Source: Selaginella moellendorffii (Eukaryota > Plantae > Lycopodiophyta). Taken from it: a stretch of 64,000 nucleotides of DNA. Within the stretch, counting starts at the first letter, position 1. Every line of letters begins with the position of its first letter. The stretch is taken from NCBI RefSeq assembly GCF_000143415.4, contig NW_003314284.1:1506086-1570085 (forward strand), in the 5' to 3' direction. The position numbers and the translations under genes were made by a program. The notes under the pieces were generated by a model, which ran no database searches, was not told where the DNA came from, and worked only from the letters and a program-made list of their open reading frames with translations. Shown one piece after another: positions 49,902-62,935 of this stretch.

Positions 49902-50592
49902 CTACACGAGCTCAATGTAAGCCATGGGAGCATTGTCGCCCCTCCGGGGCATTGTCCTGATCACCCTGGTGTATCCTCCACTTCTCTCTGAGTAGCGCTC
50001 CGGGACCTCGGCAAACAAGGCGTGAACCAGCTGCTTGTCATAGATGTAGCCCAGAGCTTGTCTTCGCTGGTGGAGCGATCCTCCCTTGGCCAGCGTGATC
50101 ATGTGATCGACGTGGGGGCGCATCGCCTTGGCCCTGGCGCGCGTCGTCTTGATCCTGCCGTGCCGGAGGAGCTGCGTGGCGAGGCCGCGGAGAAGCGCGC
50201 GGCGCTGGTCCGGGGGCCGGTTGAGCTTGGGGACCTTGCGGCCGTGCCGCATGGCAAAGAATCGCGAGCCATTGCCAATACCAATGCCGAAATTCCGGCA
50301 GCCGATCGACGCATCGACATAGATGCCTACGAAATATTTCGAGAGATTGTGAGGAGGTGATAGATCGAGGGGCTCACTCACCGGAATCCAGGCAAGTTCT
50401 TCCACTAAACGATGTCAATGCTGCTCCAATGCAGCTGCCGCTGCTGGATCGCGTCCATTGTGAGGGAATGCCAATCCTACTCCTGCCCTGGACCACCGCA
50501 ACAATCCTGGAACGCGAAGAACACGAAGAAGCATCGGGGATTCTCTGGCGCCTGCTCGCGCAAGGCAGCGCCACCGCCATGGAGAGCGCCAT
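49902..50592 (-). CDS. RPL17: Plastid 50S ribosomal protein L17 with transit peptide
   Basis: [62 protein letters not shown]. Ser/Arg-rich transit peptide; one intron. Confidence 0.95.
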
Positions 50593-50829
50593 CGCTCGCG
50601 AGAAGGATAAAACCCTGGCAAAGAATCAACGATCACAATGTGGCCACCTAGCAGGCTGCCACGTGTAGCGAATGCTTCAGACCAATATATCTAGGGTTCT
50701 TCCTGGCTGCACGAACGCGGTACCAGCTTCCTCTAGGCGCTGGGCGCTAGGGTTCTCGCGACGAAGAGGTCAGTGCCGTGTGCGTCTTTGCGATCGGGAT
50801 CCTTACAGTTTGGTGCACAGTGTTCTCGA

Positions 50830-53817
50830 ATGGAGGATAGCCATCGCCAGCAAACGATCAACGCACGAGGAGGAACTAGGTCTACAGGCGGCAATGGCAG
50901 TGGCTTGAGGAACACGGAATCCAAGCCAGGTGAGGCGATGCCGCAGCACATTTCGAATCGAAGAGGCGGCGCCAATGGAACATCGAGGCAAGCGTGGAGA
51001 GAAAGAAAGCTGCCGACCTCTCAAGAACAGCCGCCATCACTACCAGCGCAGCAGTTCGTGAGCTCCGAGTTTGCAAGATTGAGCATGTCGACCACGACGG
51101 TCACCCCCGCCGGCGCTCTTCCTCAGCTAGCTCAGGGACTTCTGGAAAAACTGCAAAAGGGGGAGATGGAATGCATGATCTGCTACGACATGATCGGTCG
51201 AAACGCCCGCGTGTGGTCTTGCTCGGGCTGCTACTCTATCTTCCACCTTACGTGCATCAGGAAGTGGGCTCGAGCTCCAACCTCGGTGGATCAGAGTGGC
51301 AACTGGAGGTGTCCCGGGTGCCAGGCGATTCAGCTCTCTCCAGCGAACGACTTGCAGTACTGGTGCTTTTGCGGGCAGCAGCTGGAACCCCCGGTGGATT
51401 TCTACTTGACTCCACACTCTTGCGGTGGGACTTGCAAGAAGCCTCTGGACAAGAGCAAGCTGGGCCTTTGCCAGCACATTTGCACGCTCCAGTGCCATCC
51501 CGGTCCGTGTCCTCCCTGTGCGGCGTTTGCGCTCCCGGAAGCTTGTGGCTGTGGAAGGAAAGTTGTGACGAGACGCTGCATCGAGAGGGACGAAGGTGTG
51601 GTCAGCTGTGGATATCAGTGTGGAGGGATGCTCTCGTGCGGTCGGCATTACTGTACCCGGGTTTGCCACAAGGATGAGTGTGGAGGGTGTAAGGTGGTGG
51701 TCGCAGTGGCGTGCTTTTGCCGGAGGAAACTGGATCGTGTGGTTTGCGGACAAGTCCCGGTACCAGGAGACGTCGCAGGCAACGGCATTTTCTCCTGTGG
51801 ATCCATTTGCGGGAAGCTTCTACCTTGCGGCAATCACGTATGCTCGAGGGAGTGCCATCCCGGCGATTGTGGTGACTGCGAGCTTTCTCCGGAGAGCGTA
51901 GCGACATGTCCATGCAAGAAGACGACTCTACGAGCTCTTAGGAGGAGCTGCCTCGATCCGGTTCCAACATGTGGTCAGGAGTGTGGGAAGTACGTGAGCT
52001 GCGGAAGGCACGAATGTATCAACTTGTGTCACCTTGGGCCCTGTCCGCCGTGCGAGGTGCTTGTGGAGCAGAAGTGCCGGTGTGGTGCCTCCTCTCGCGT
52101 TGTTCCCTGCAACGTCGCTACTTCAACCAGCGACGAGCATTCTTTCATCTGCGACAAGAAGTGCGAGAAGAAGCGAAACTGCGGCAGGCACAGGTGCAAC
52201 GTCAAATGCTGTCCGAGTGATTCAGGGGATAACCATTTTTGCATGCTCGAGTGTGGAAAGAAGCTGCGGTGCGGGGAACACTTCTGCCAGGAGCTGTGCC
52301 ATTCGGGGCACTGCCGACCGTGCCTACAGTCCAGCTTCACAGATCTCTCGTGCGCCTGTGGAAAGTCATCCATTCCGCCACCGGTTCCTTGCGGCACTCC
52401 TCGACCGCGTTGCGACTTCTTGTGCCTCGTTCCTCAGCCGTGCGGCCACCCTGCTACTCACACTTGCCACTTTGGAGAGTGTCCGCCGTGTACCGTGCTT
52501 GTCGCGAAGGAATGCGTGGGACAGCACGTCACCATGCGGAACGTGCCGTGCGGCTCCAGGGAGATCAAGTGCAACAGGCCGTGCGGGAAGCTGCGCAAGT
52601 GCGGTGTGCATCCGTGCGGGAAGACTTGTCACTCGGATCCATGCGACAGTGATGACAGCAGCAGCCTGTCATGCGGCCAAGTCTGCGGGGCTTCTCGCAG
52701 GGAGTGCTCGCATACTTGCGTCGCGGCTTGCCACCCGGGGTCACCCTGTCCGGACGTTCGATGCGAGTTCATGGAGACCATCACCTGTAGTTGCGAGCGG
52801 CTCACGGCTGCTGTTCCGTGTGAGATGGGAGGCGCTGCTACCAGAGACAAAGCTCCGGCTTCTCAGAGAAAGCTCAGCTGTGACGACGACTGCGTGAAGG
52901 CGCAGAGGCTCAAGTCACTTGCCGATGCCTTGGGGATAGAGACGAACGGCGATCCCTTGACAGCGTATGGCAGCTCGGACTGCGTCCAAGAGATGGCGAA
53001 GAGGGACTCGCAGTTCGTGACGGCGGTGGAGGACAGGTTCAAGTATTTGCTGCTCGGCCCCAAGTCGGTGGCTTGCGTGACGGGGCTGCGCGTCCACGTC
53101 TTCGCGCCTCTCCCGAAGGACAAGCGGGAAGTGATCTATCAGCTGGCGCAGAGGTGGAACCTCTCCTCGAGCAGCGTCGGCTGGGAGGCGAGACGCTACC
53201 TGGTGGTGCACGTAAACTCCAAGTCGAAAATGCCGGGCCGCCTGATCAAGCTCAACGTCGTGGCACCGTTGTTCAACCCCGGCCTGGACGTGGACCCGAA
53301 GCTGGTGGTGGCTCTTCTGGATCTTCCCGGCGAGGGGGACATCAGCCGCGTGGTGCTGAGGTTTGCCGGGGAGTGCGAGCTGATATGGCTCAACGACAGG
53401 AACGCTATCACCATCTTCACGGATCCTTCTCGAGCTGCGACGGCACTGAAGCGGGTCGACCATGCGACGCCGTATCACGGTGCGTTCGTCCTCCCGCTGC
53501 TCGGGAGTGGCGCGGTTGTGCACAAGCAGCTCGGCTGGGGGGCGCCTTCCAGTTCCACCGCGAGAGCTCCGTCGCCACCTCGGGCTCACGGCCACCGCGG
53601 CGACGAGGCTAAAGTCGAGGAGCCGGGAAGAGGTGTGTGGCTCAAGAGGAACCCGGTGACTCTTGTGAGCAACCCGTGGAAGGCTTTGGAGCAAGATAAG
53701 GGGAGCTCGAGCAGTGGCTCCTCAGCGTCCGGGAGTGTGGAAGCTCGCTCGCTAGCAGCAAAAGCCGCGGAGGAGGATGATCAAAACGTGGTGGATGATT
53801 GGGAGACTGCCTACGAT

Positions 53818-53820
<3 letters not shown>
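50830..53820 (+). CDS. NFXL1: NF-X1-type zinc finger protein NFXL1, intronless
   Basis: RING/PHD ECMICYDMIGR..CYSIFHLTCIRKWA..WRCPGCQ; repeated CGxHxCxxxCHxGxCxxC fingers; R3H-like and RRM-like C-terminal regions; ends DDWE. Confidence 0.95.

Positions 53821-53862
<42 letters not shown>
53821..53862 (+). repeat. (GA)n microsatellite directly after the NFXL1 stop codon
   Basis: Perfect GA run visible in the sequence. Confidence 0.95.
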
Positions 53863-53865
<3 letters not shown>

Positions 53866-54176
53866 TGAGAGCTCCATTTGGAGTTGTGAATTTTTTGGAG
53901 CGGGAATAATTTGCTAGCCGTGGAAGTATATGATTACTGTGAGGTTTTAACAGTCAAGATGCTTTGTGGCTGAAAATTTGTCCATTCTCACTTCCATTAG
54001 TGTCCATTAGTCCATTAGTGTCATAATAAGAGATCATCAAAACAAAATGAATCATTAATAATCAAGTAATTTTAAATACATAAATATACTTTTATTTTAC
54101 TTCAGTTTTATTATTAAACTTTGTAAACAATATATAAATGAAGCAATGAATTAATATAGCAACCACTTTGTGATAG

Positions 54177-55915
54177 TGGTGGGTAGCCTAACAAAAACTT
54201 ATGCAAACCTGCAAAATATATATATGAAAAAAATACATGTATGTTTAATTGTTATAATATATTTATGTGACTTATGAAATAATATTTTAAACAAAACCTC
54301 TTTTTTTTTCACATGGGCATGCATTCATAGGTTAGCACCACATATACTATTTTTTGTGTTGCATAAATTTTAACTAGTAAGTTAGTAAATTAATTAACTA
54401 CACTAAACTCTTTTGGCTTTACATAAGTCATAATTGCAAGATTGATATATATATTAACCATAAAAGGTTTTTTACAAAATTTAGAGGATGAATTCTAATT
54501 CTAAAATCTATATATAACATATTTTTTATGGGGCAATTACATAATTATATTAATGGAGGATTTATGGAAAAAGTATTTTTGCGCCATGAATAATATCAAA
54601 AAATAAATATTTTTCGCTATCCCTAAGATCCTATATTTTTGCAATGGTGAATTATGAAGAAAGTTACAAAGTGATGATGTTATATTTTAGAACATTATTA
54701 ATGTGACAACATATAGTAAATTTTAGTGGGATAAAGGGCCTAACAAATTAACAAATTAATATACTAAAGGTGTGCATCATTTATACTTATGCAAAACTTT
54801 TAACTCTTCAATCATAGAAAAAATTTAAAATGAAAAACATATACATTACTGCATGTGTTAGAAATAAATATTCATAAATTTATTTATGTGCAACTATTTG
54901 TATTGCAATACTTTTTACTCACCATAACACAATCATTATATCTCAAACTAGAAAGTTAAACTTTTATTTTTAATAAAAAGTTATACCTAAGAAAGAAAGA
55001 TTCTAAGTTTTGGATTGATAGCATATCAAACCACCACAATGCCAAAAATTTATATATATATGATTATAAATGTAAGAAATTAATGAAGTTAATGTTTTAC
55101 CATAGTTACAACAAAATTCATTTGCTTACACAAAAACTATTATATTAAATGATTTAAAAAAATGTTTTGTCATTGCCTTTATACTCTAATTGATTATATT
55201 TGCCTTTGTGTCAATTGATCACTACTTATATTAAAGCTTTACACTAAGGCCCTACATTGCAAATAATGCACTTGTAAGAATGATTAAAATGTCATAATTA
55301 TATTAAAATGCACTATAATTTAAACACACTTCCAAGCCGCAAGAAATTAACCATAGTTACATAAAATAAAAAGAGAGAGATGATAAAATCAGAAGGTTAT
55401 AAATTTGAGTCAATGATAAAAAAATAAGATAAAAAAAACCATCACTACATTTATAATGATGTAGCATCAGTTTTATGTAGCAGTCTAAAGTGTCATATTT
55501 TATGATAAAATATTATACACACAATCACGTTACATACATAATATTTATATAATATGTACATAATATTTTTATATGTAACTAAATAAAATAAAATTGCATT
55601 TATACAAATATATTCATCTTTTTGCTCCACCATTATTTAACATCACTTTGTAATTTTTTCCACAATCCAGCATTATAAAGATATACGATACTAGAGATAG
55701 TGGAAGATATTCATTTTTTAGATATTGTTATAACATGTAAATATTCTCAATACTTTTAGTAATTAGAATAACTAGTTTTATCTTGTGAGTCATAGATGTG
55801 TGTTACAACAATTTAAATATATCATATATATATCACAAAACCTCATTATCTAATATGTATTTCTTTTTCATATATTTTGCAAACTTGCATAATTATTTTA
55901 CCAAGTTACCCACCC
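54177..55915. mobile_element. AT-rich foldback/MULE-like element with long nested imperfect inverted repeats
   Basis: 54177-54280 is reverse-complementary to about 55781-55915, and 54590-54678 to about 55641-55727. No coding capacity. Confidence 0.6.
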
Positions 55916-56250
55916 TAGATACACTTCCCCTCTTGGTACCTTCCCCCCAAAATTGTTATAACAAATTACTTGCTATAAGTTTTGTATTAATAAAAATATT
56001 TTTATTTGTCCCCTTTTTTTCTTTCTTTTCTTCTAAACATTAATAAATGAATCATAATATAATATTTATCAAATGCATTTTGCAATTTTTTATATTCATT
56101 TGATATGAACAACCATTGTGCTTCACTCAAAAAATTTCAAACTTCATACTTTGAAATTTAATTATATTAGTTAAAATTTAATAAAAATAAAATAAAACTC
56201 CTTTATTTTTAAACTGGTTAAATAAAATAAACCTGCAACTCCACAGTGTT

Positions 56251-56402
56251 CGCTAGCTGCAAAGCCATGGAAGAGGGTGGTGGATGATTGGGAGACTGCC
56301 TAAGATTAAGAGTGAGCGAGTGAGAGGAGCTGTAAATTTTTTGGAGCGGGAATAATTTGTTAGCTATTGAAGTATATGAATACGACGAACGAGGTTTTAA
56401 CA
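56251..56402 (+). repeat. Diverged duplicate of the NFXL1 3' end and 3' UTR (53751-53952)
   Basis: Shared GTGGTGGATGATTGGGAGACTGCCTA, TTTTTTGGAGCGGGAATAATTTG, GAAGTATATGA and GAGGTTTTAACA. Confidence 0.9.
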
Positions 56403-56422
56403 TTCTTTCGTCCCAAACTTTT

Positions 56423-57641
56423 TTAGAAGGATGCGTTGTAAGGGCCAACTCCGCCAATGCTCAAGCTGGAAGACGCGTACTTTGGTGGTCGCACGATCTT
56501 GTCAATAAGGCCGTAGTCTAGAGCCTCTTGAGCGCTGAAAATCTTCATCCTGTCCAAGTCCTTGTGGATCTACAGCGAAAAAAATACGTGATCTCCAATG
56601 TTTCTCCTTTGGATTTACCTTGTCAACTGGCTGGCCAGTGTTGATGGCGAGCTGCTCGTAGAGGCAGTCTCGCAGTCGTCCAAGCTCGTTCACCTCGGTT
56701 TGGATATCATCTGCCTGTGAAGAAGCAAACGTGCTTGAAACTTGGGTGATAGATTTCTTTCGAGGTCTCAAACCTGGCCTCGAGTTGCTCCCTCCGGTGG
56801 CTGTAATGCGATTCTCGCCAGTGGCATTGCCATTCGCATTCCCTGGTTTTAAAAAGTTTAAGCACAAGAGAACCATTTGTAAAGCTATGAACCTTTTCTC
56901 CGGCTGCGAGGAGAAAACCAGCAATATCATAGGCAGCACCTAGAGCCAGAGTTGCTATCCCACTCCTCACACTTCCCATGGTGTCATAGATCGCCATGGA
57001 GGGAGTTAACTGCGAGAGAAACAAACCATAAACTCGAAGAACTCCAAGCTCTAGCTCTTACACTCCCCCCCGGGCAACTGATGTAGAAGTGGAGGTGCTT
57101 GGACGAATCGACACTGTCAAGGTAAAGCATGGTGGCCACCACCCGATTCGCCAAGTCGTCGTCTATGTGCTGCCCAATGAAAACTATCCTCTCTTGATAC
57201 TGGAAAGATCTTCCATGACTTAGAGAAAGAAAAAAGAAAAGCAAGAAGAAGATGGCGCTACAAAGTTACCAGGACGTTCCAGATATCAACGTATTGCCAG
57301 CTTCCCTCGCTGGACGCCCTGTAAGGAACTTTGGGTACTCCAAGCGGCATCATCACCACTTGAGCTCGGCATTTTCCCCCTCTCTTGCTGTGCGAGAGTT
57401 TTTCGAGAGCTGGCAATTTTCCTAGGAGCCGTCCTCCTGGAGAAAAAGATCTCAAAGCTAGGCCAAGAGAGGGAGAAGAAAGAGAGGACAATGATTTAGC
57501 TAACCTGGTGATGAGGAGCTCCTCAAGGAAATTCTGGGAGGGAAGCTGCGGCGCAAAGATCAGTAGGGCTGCTAATGCGATGGGAGATTACCTGGAGGGG
57601 ACGCATTTTGCAGGGGACAGCGCCAAGCTTGATGTTGCCAT
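56423..57641 (-). CDS. ClpR2: Plastid Clp protease non-catalytic subunit ClpR2
   Basis: [34 protein letters not shown]; [11 protein letters not shown]; [11 protein letters not shown]; QADDIQ; [10 protein letters not shown]. No catalytic Ser/His; transit peptide present. Confidence 0.9.
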
Positions 57642-57995
57642 GTTTGCCCTAAACTAAAGGAAAAGGGCTCTAATTTAAGATCACTGCGAGAGACTAACAA
57701 GCAGGCGTGCTTTTGCCAAAGCATCCCAGCCCATAGCTCTCACTTTGAAAGCGTCATGCCAACCTCCACTGGGGATGGCAACCGGCCATATACCCACATT
57801 CATAAGCCGGGATCAAATAGGTTTTCACAGAGAAAATGAATACTTAGTTTTATTCATTATTAAATCATCAAGTGTCATGCTTATTATGAAGAGGTACAAT
57901 CTCAAGCTTCATCGGGACCACTGCAAGATTGCAAGATTTAAGAATAAATGATTTAGAGCGTATAAGCATGAATCTACTCACCATGGATCACAAGC

Positions 57996-58220
57996 TTAAC
58001 TACAGAAACAACTTTTACAATTGGAACGACAAGTACATATTGTGAACGGGTCTCTACAAGTAAATCTTCGGCATCGGCATACAGCTGCTAAAGGATTATA
58101 AACTTCATCATTTGAGATCTCAATTGCTGGAGTGTAAAATTCCCTTGCAGTAGCAACAACAACACCAAGGAGTAAGAAAACATAAAGCAAACCCTTAACA
58201 TTTGCCATTGAAAGCTGCAT
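57996..58220 (-). CDS. Small secreted Cys-rich peptide, Bowman-Birk inhibitor-like
   Basis: Signal peptide LLYVFLLLGVVVATA, acidic spacer, then 8-Cys domain CRCRRFTCRDPFTICTCRSNCKSCFCS. TATAAA on the minus strand about 25 nt upstream. Confidence 0.7.
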   Translation of the reverse strand: MQLSMANVKGLLYVFLLLGVVVATAREFYTPAIEISNDEVYNPLAAVCRCRRFTCRDPFTICTCRSNCKSCFCS

Positions 58221-59105
58221 GCTGTGACCAAATAGCTTGTATTTATACTGAACCTTTTAGACCTTTCTTTTGAACTTGAGCAATAGGAAAAGCTGGCTTT
58301 TCTTCATCGCACATTGTTCGTCCGCCGCCAGGACCTACCCAGACTCATATTTTGGTTTGATCTAAATAATAAATAATAAAGAGCATCATCTAAGAATAAT
58401 CTAAAATACTTTTAGAAGACGTTTAATGGAAAACTTACTTGTAATGTGGAATCTCTTACCCAGAGATGAAAGCTTCCCCACGCATCTCTTGATGACGAAC
58501 TGATTTATAGTATAGATCACGCACGAACCAAAACCAAGCCTACTGCAGGATAGACTGAATACGACCTTCACGATTATGATGTAGACGGCCACAGCGAGGC
58601 CCAACATGGAAGTCAACGACTAGTCACTATAAAGAAGACCGACGCACCGTCGATAACAACCCAATAAAAGTCATGCCACCGCAAAGTGGAGTGCTCTTGG
58701 ATAGAACAGTCACGCTTCCGTGCAAGGTACAGAGTGGAAGCTGGTCCAAGCAGCGGAGTAGTGATCAAGGGGCCAACATGGATTTCGACATGCGGAGATT
58801 GTTCCAGTGTTTGCAAGAACGCCCTCCCGAGTCCGTAGGATGACCGAGATGATCAAATCCGCTGGAAGATCCAGGGTCTTCATCATCTCTTCAACAGGAT
58901 ACAGCATTCGATCATTCGCCTCTAAGGCTTTGCTGAATGGCCGACACCCTGGTCTCGCTGCCAAGCACCAGGTCTCTCACAAATCATAGCCTGAGATAGA
59001 ATGAGAGTGATCCTGAAATGTACTAATCGTCCAGAAAGCTCATCAGACACCTGCTCATAAAGAGCCGATCCGGGGCATTTCACGAGTTTCAGATGTAACT
59101 GTGAA

Positions 59106-60556
59106 TCAGCCTTGCTGTTTCTTTGCTTGATTCTTGCTGTACTCGATGAACTCCAGCAAGTTCTTGTGGGAGGATCCACCCTGACTCGCAGCTCCTTTAG
59201 CAGCCTCGCTTAGCTTCATTGCATTCGCCTTGAGCTCTTTGGAAACCTGACCCCCATCCATCACCGCATTCATCACTTGCACCAGCTTGTCCGGTTCCAC
59301 AAGCGCATTTGGATCGTCATTGTTGATCTCCAATCCGATCTTCCACTTGTCCACCACCATCTTGGCATTGAGATTCTGCTCGGCGAACCGTGGCCAGGTG
59401 AGAAGCGGCACCCCGGAACAAATGGCTTCCATAGTCGAGTTCCATCCGCTGTGAGACAAAAATCCGCCCACTGAATCATGGCGCAGGACGCGCAGCTGCG
59501 GCGCCCAGGGGACGACTCTGCCGCCTTCGAGCGATTGCGCCTTCCGGAGAAGCGCGTCATCGTCTGGATCCTTAAAGACCCACAAGAACCCAAACTTCGC
59601 AGCTTCCAGCGCCTTTAGAAGTCGATCCGCTTGCTCTGTGGCGAGGCGAGCCCCGCTGCCGAATGCGATGTAGAGAATCGAGCCTGGAGATTCCTTGTCC
59701 AGCCAGTCGATGCAGCTCACATCGCCTTCTTCTGTGGGCTCAGGCAAATGCTCATCCTGAAAGAACCACGGAGGCAGCAGGGGGCCGATTGGGAAGTATC
59801 TCAGCTTCTCTTGGTTCGCTGCGATTGCTTCAGCTTCTAGCTCCTCAAATGTGTTGCCGATCACGCACAATGCCTCCACTGTGCGCTGGCTGAAGCTGGT
59901 CATCAACTCTAATCCCTGAGCTTCATGGAGAAAGCAGTGTGGGAGATCCTTGCGGCGAGCTGGATGTAGCCCGGGTATGATCGTGATCAGCTCGTTTGCG
60001 TTTTCTGGATCTGCAGGACAAAGTAAAAGCAGATATCTCCCAAGAACAACATATCACAGCAAATGCCCAGTATGGGCATGTTTCTACCTTTTAGAGGAAC
60101 GTAGCCTCTGGAGATGAGAAACGGCAAGTTGAAGTACAGGATCTCGCAGGTTGCAGAGGAAGCCCAGAAGCAGACTCTAGGGATCCCGAATTTGTCCGCA
60201 ACGTCCTGCATCCACCCAACGAAGCCATCCGCGATGATCAGAGTGGCCGGAGGATCCAGACTCTGCAGCAGATCTTCGAGCGGCTCCTGCATTCGGTCAA
60301 GCGACTTGAAAACCTCACCAATCGACTTGAATCCCACGTCTGCGCGGCCGTCGGGGACGCCAACGAAGCCCATCCGCGGATGTTCTCGCTCCAGAGAAGC
60401 CCGATTTCGATCCACAGTGACTTGGGGCAAAACGACAGTGATCTGCAACCCGTGTTCTTCATCCGCTAGTCGATCCGACAGCGAGAGTAGAGCATTGAAA
60501 TGGCCAGGCCCATCCATTGGAAAGACCAGAGCATGCGGCTGTGGAGGAGCAGCCAT
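59106..60556 (-). CDS. UGT: UDP-glycosyltransferase (family 1), one intron
   Basis: HALVFPMDGPGHFN catalytic His; PSPG box WAPQLRVLRHDSVGGFLSHSGWNSTMEAICSGVPLLTWPRFAEQ; GGSS..L C-terminus. Confidence 0.95.
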
Positions 60557-60786
60557 TGAGACGAGAGATCTGCTGTAGCCTTTTGTTTTTTTCTCTAACA
60601 CTTTTACTTTTATGGAATTCCAGAACATTATTGCACAAGATATTTTCTTAAAGGCTTGTCCTGGCATTCTCTGAATCAGAATAATAAGATAATAATCATG
60701 TCAGTTAATTTAGAGTATAAAGGCATAAAAAAATTAAAATGCCTTTTAGGGCAGGGAGGAAAGTGATGCACAAGGAGAGAGCATTG

Positions 60787-60896
<110 letters not shown>

Positions 60897-60949
60897 GAGA
60901 ACATATTTTTTAAAAAATAACAACACAACTGGAAAAATCAGGATCATGT

Positions 60950-61800
60950 AGTTGAGGGACACGTTCGAGCAAGGCAAAGATGTTAAGAAGAGTCCCTGCA
61001 GAGAGCGCAAGTAACAAATGGAAGAAGAGCATTGCTTGTACATCTTTTACATCTTTTTCTTTCTGAATATTTACATCTCTTTCTTGTCATAGGGAAAACC
61101 TGGAGAAGTATCTGGAGGAGCTGAAGCCATTGTGAAGTTTCAACCAAGGTAGACCAAAGAAAACAGCAGAAGGTTTGCACAACCAACGGTCAACTATAGT
61201 TGCAGACTGGCGGTCAAAAGTGAAAGGCTGACTGCCGTGTAGAGAGAACAAATGAAATTGTTAATGCAACCAACCTTTGGACGAAGATACTTTTGGCATG
61301 AATGATGAGGATTGGCATATGTACAAGCAAATGGACAGAGACTACAAAGAAGAAGTAGAAGAAGATGTAGATGAAGATGAAGCAAAACTGAGTCGTCTAA
61401 CCTCAAGACTCAAGGTATATCACTTTCATCACTACTTTTGTTTTTCCTTCCTAACTGCTTCACTTCCAGGAAATTGATTTTTCATATACTTCAGTGCCAC
61501 CACCAGGACTGCAGATAATAATGCCAGAGTTTGTAATACAACAGCCTCTTACTGAGAAGGATTACCAAATAGGACTTGGTGTGGAACGATTTAGAGATAG
61601 ACTTCCAGCCCTCGATGGTCAGTGTAGATCAGGCAGGAGTGGGAGAAATGGCATCCATTGCTATGAGGAGAGTGCCAGACTAACTCGTCAGCCGAGTTAT
61701 GGATGGGACAATTCTACTCACAGGTAGAAACTGTGAGTTTGATGGATTTAACAAGAGGATGTTCTTGGAGAGATCGATCACTGGGCTCGGTTATCAGAGT
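60950..61800 (+). pseudogene. ARP5: Actin-related protein 5 (INO80 subunit) internal fragment
   Basis: EDTFGMNDEDWHMYKQM; PLTEKDYQIGLGVERFR; FQPSMVSVDQAGVGEM. Frameshifts and stops; no 5' half. Confidence 0.8.
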
Positions 61801-61929
61801 GCAGACCCGTGAGTAGAATCGTATGAGGAGGAATAAGAACTTAAGCTGATACAAACCACATCAACTTTCATCATGTGGATCTTAGATCCATCATCAAATT
61901 ATTGACAATCTTCAACCTCTAGAGTTGAG

Positions 61930-62700
61930 TGAAGATGTCCTTTCTGAATGTTGAATATGCACTGACTTATGAGGCTACTATTCATTCTTCAATATTGAAA
62001 TATAGATATGAATATTGAGAATTAGTCATTGTACTTAGGAAATTACAAATGTACCTCTTCATCAAGAGTCAGTTAAGTGTAAGTAGGTTTAGATGAAGTC
62101 TGATGTTTCTTTTGATAAATACAAAACTTGGGTTGTGGCTAAGGATATCTGGTGTGAGACATTCTCTCCTGTAGTGTGACTCATTACTGTTCATCTATTT
62201 TTGGCTTATTTTGTTCATCATAATCCTTTTATTAATTAGATAGATGTGAAAATTGACTTTCTTAATGGTGATTTATCTGAAGAGATTTATATGGTGTAAC
62301 CTTTAGGTTTTGAAGTGACTAGTGAAAAACACGAAGTTTGTAGACTTTGGAAGGCCTTATATGGACTCAAACAACCTTTTTGATCTTAGTATAAGAAGAT
62401 TAACGACTTTCTTCTTTGGCACTTCTATGTTGATGATATATCATTTTGGTTTCTATGCAGAGCTCCTTGTACACATTAGGAGATTGATGATTTTGGGTTT
62501 GAGCTCAATAAGTATAATATGTTGAACGCTAAAATTATTCCAATGTTTGGGTGTATGCAAATTCATACATACTAGATAACTATTGTATTTGTATATAGGT
62601 TATTATAGTAGCAGTTATCATTGCTACGTAGGGTTCTAAGGAACACTATTTCAATTGGCAAATCCTTTTTGCATCATATCAATTTGATTTTATTTTTGGA
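61930..62700 (+). mobile_element. Ty1/copia retrotransposon reverse transcriptase remnant
   Basis: DVKIDFLNGDLSEEIYMV*PLGF (about 62240-62310) and RLWKALYGLKQ (about 62342-62375) match copia RT motifs. Heavily degenerate. Confidence 0.85.
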
Positions 62701-62935
62701 TCTTGGAGTAGTTTGAAAATTAAATACAATTGACATCTAGTTTGAGCTGCAAAATTCAAAGAAAATGAAGTACAGTAGGCTTGAATCTGATAATAGGAGT
62801 TGGTTATAGTGCTTTAGTAGGCTTGACTTTTGCTACTTTAGTAGGCTTGAATTTTGCTACTTGATGGATGAGTTGTTAGAAATTCCCCCCGTTAAATAGG
62901 GGCAAATTATTTTGGTGAATCAGAATATTTCAAAA

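Noticed and set aside
58400-59050. Coding-like fragments between the Cys-rich peptide and the UGT
   Set aside because: Frames are broken and no family could be recognised, so they are not annotated.
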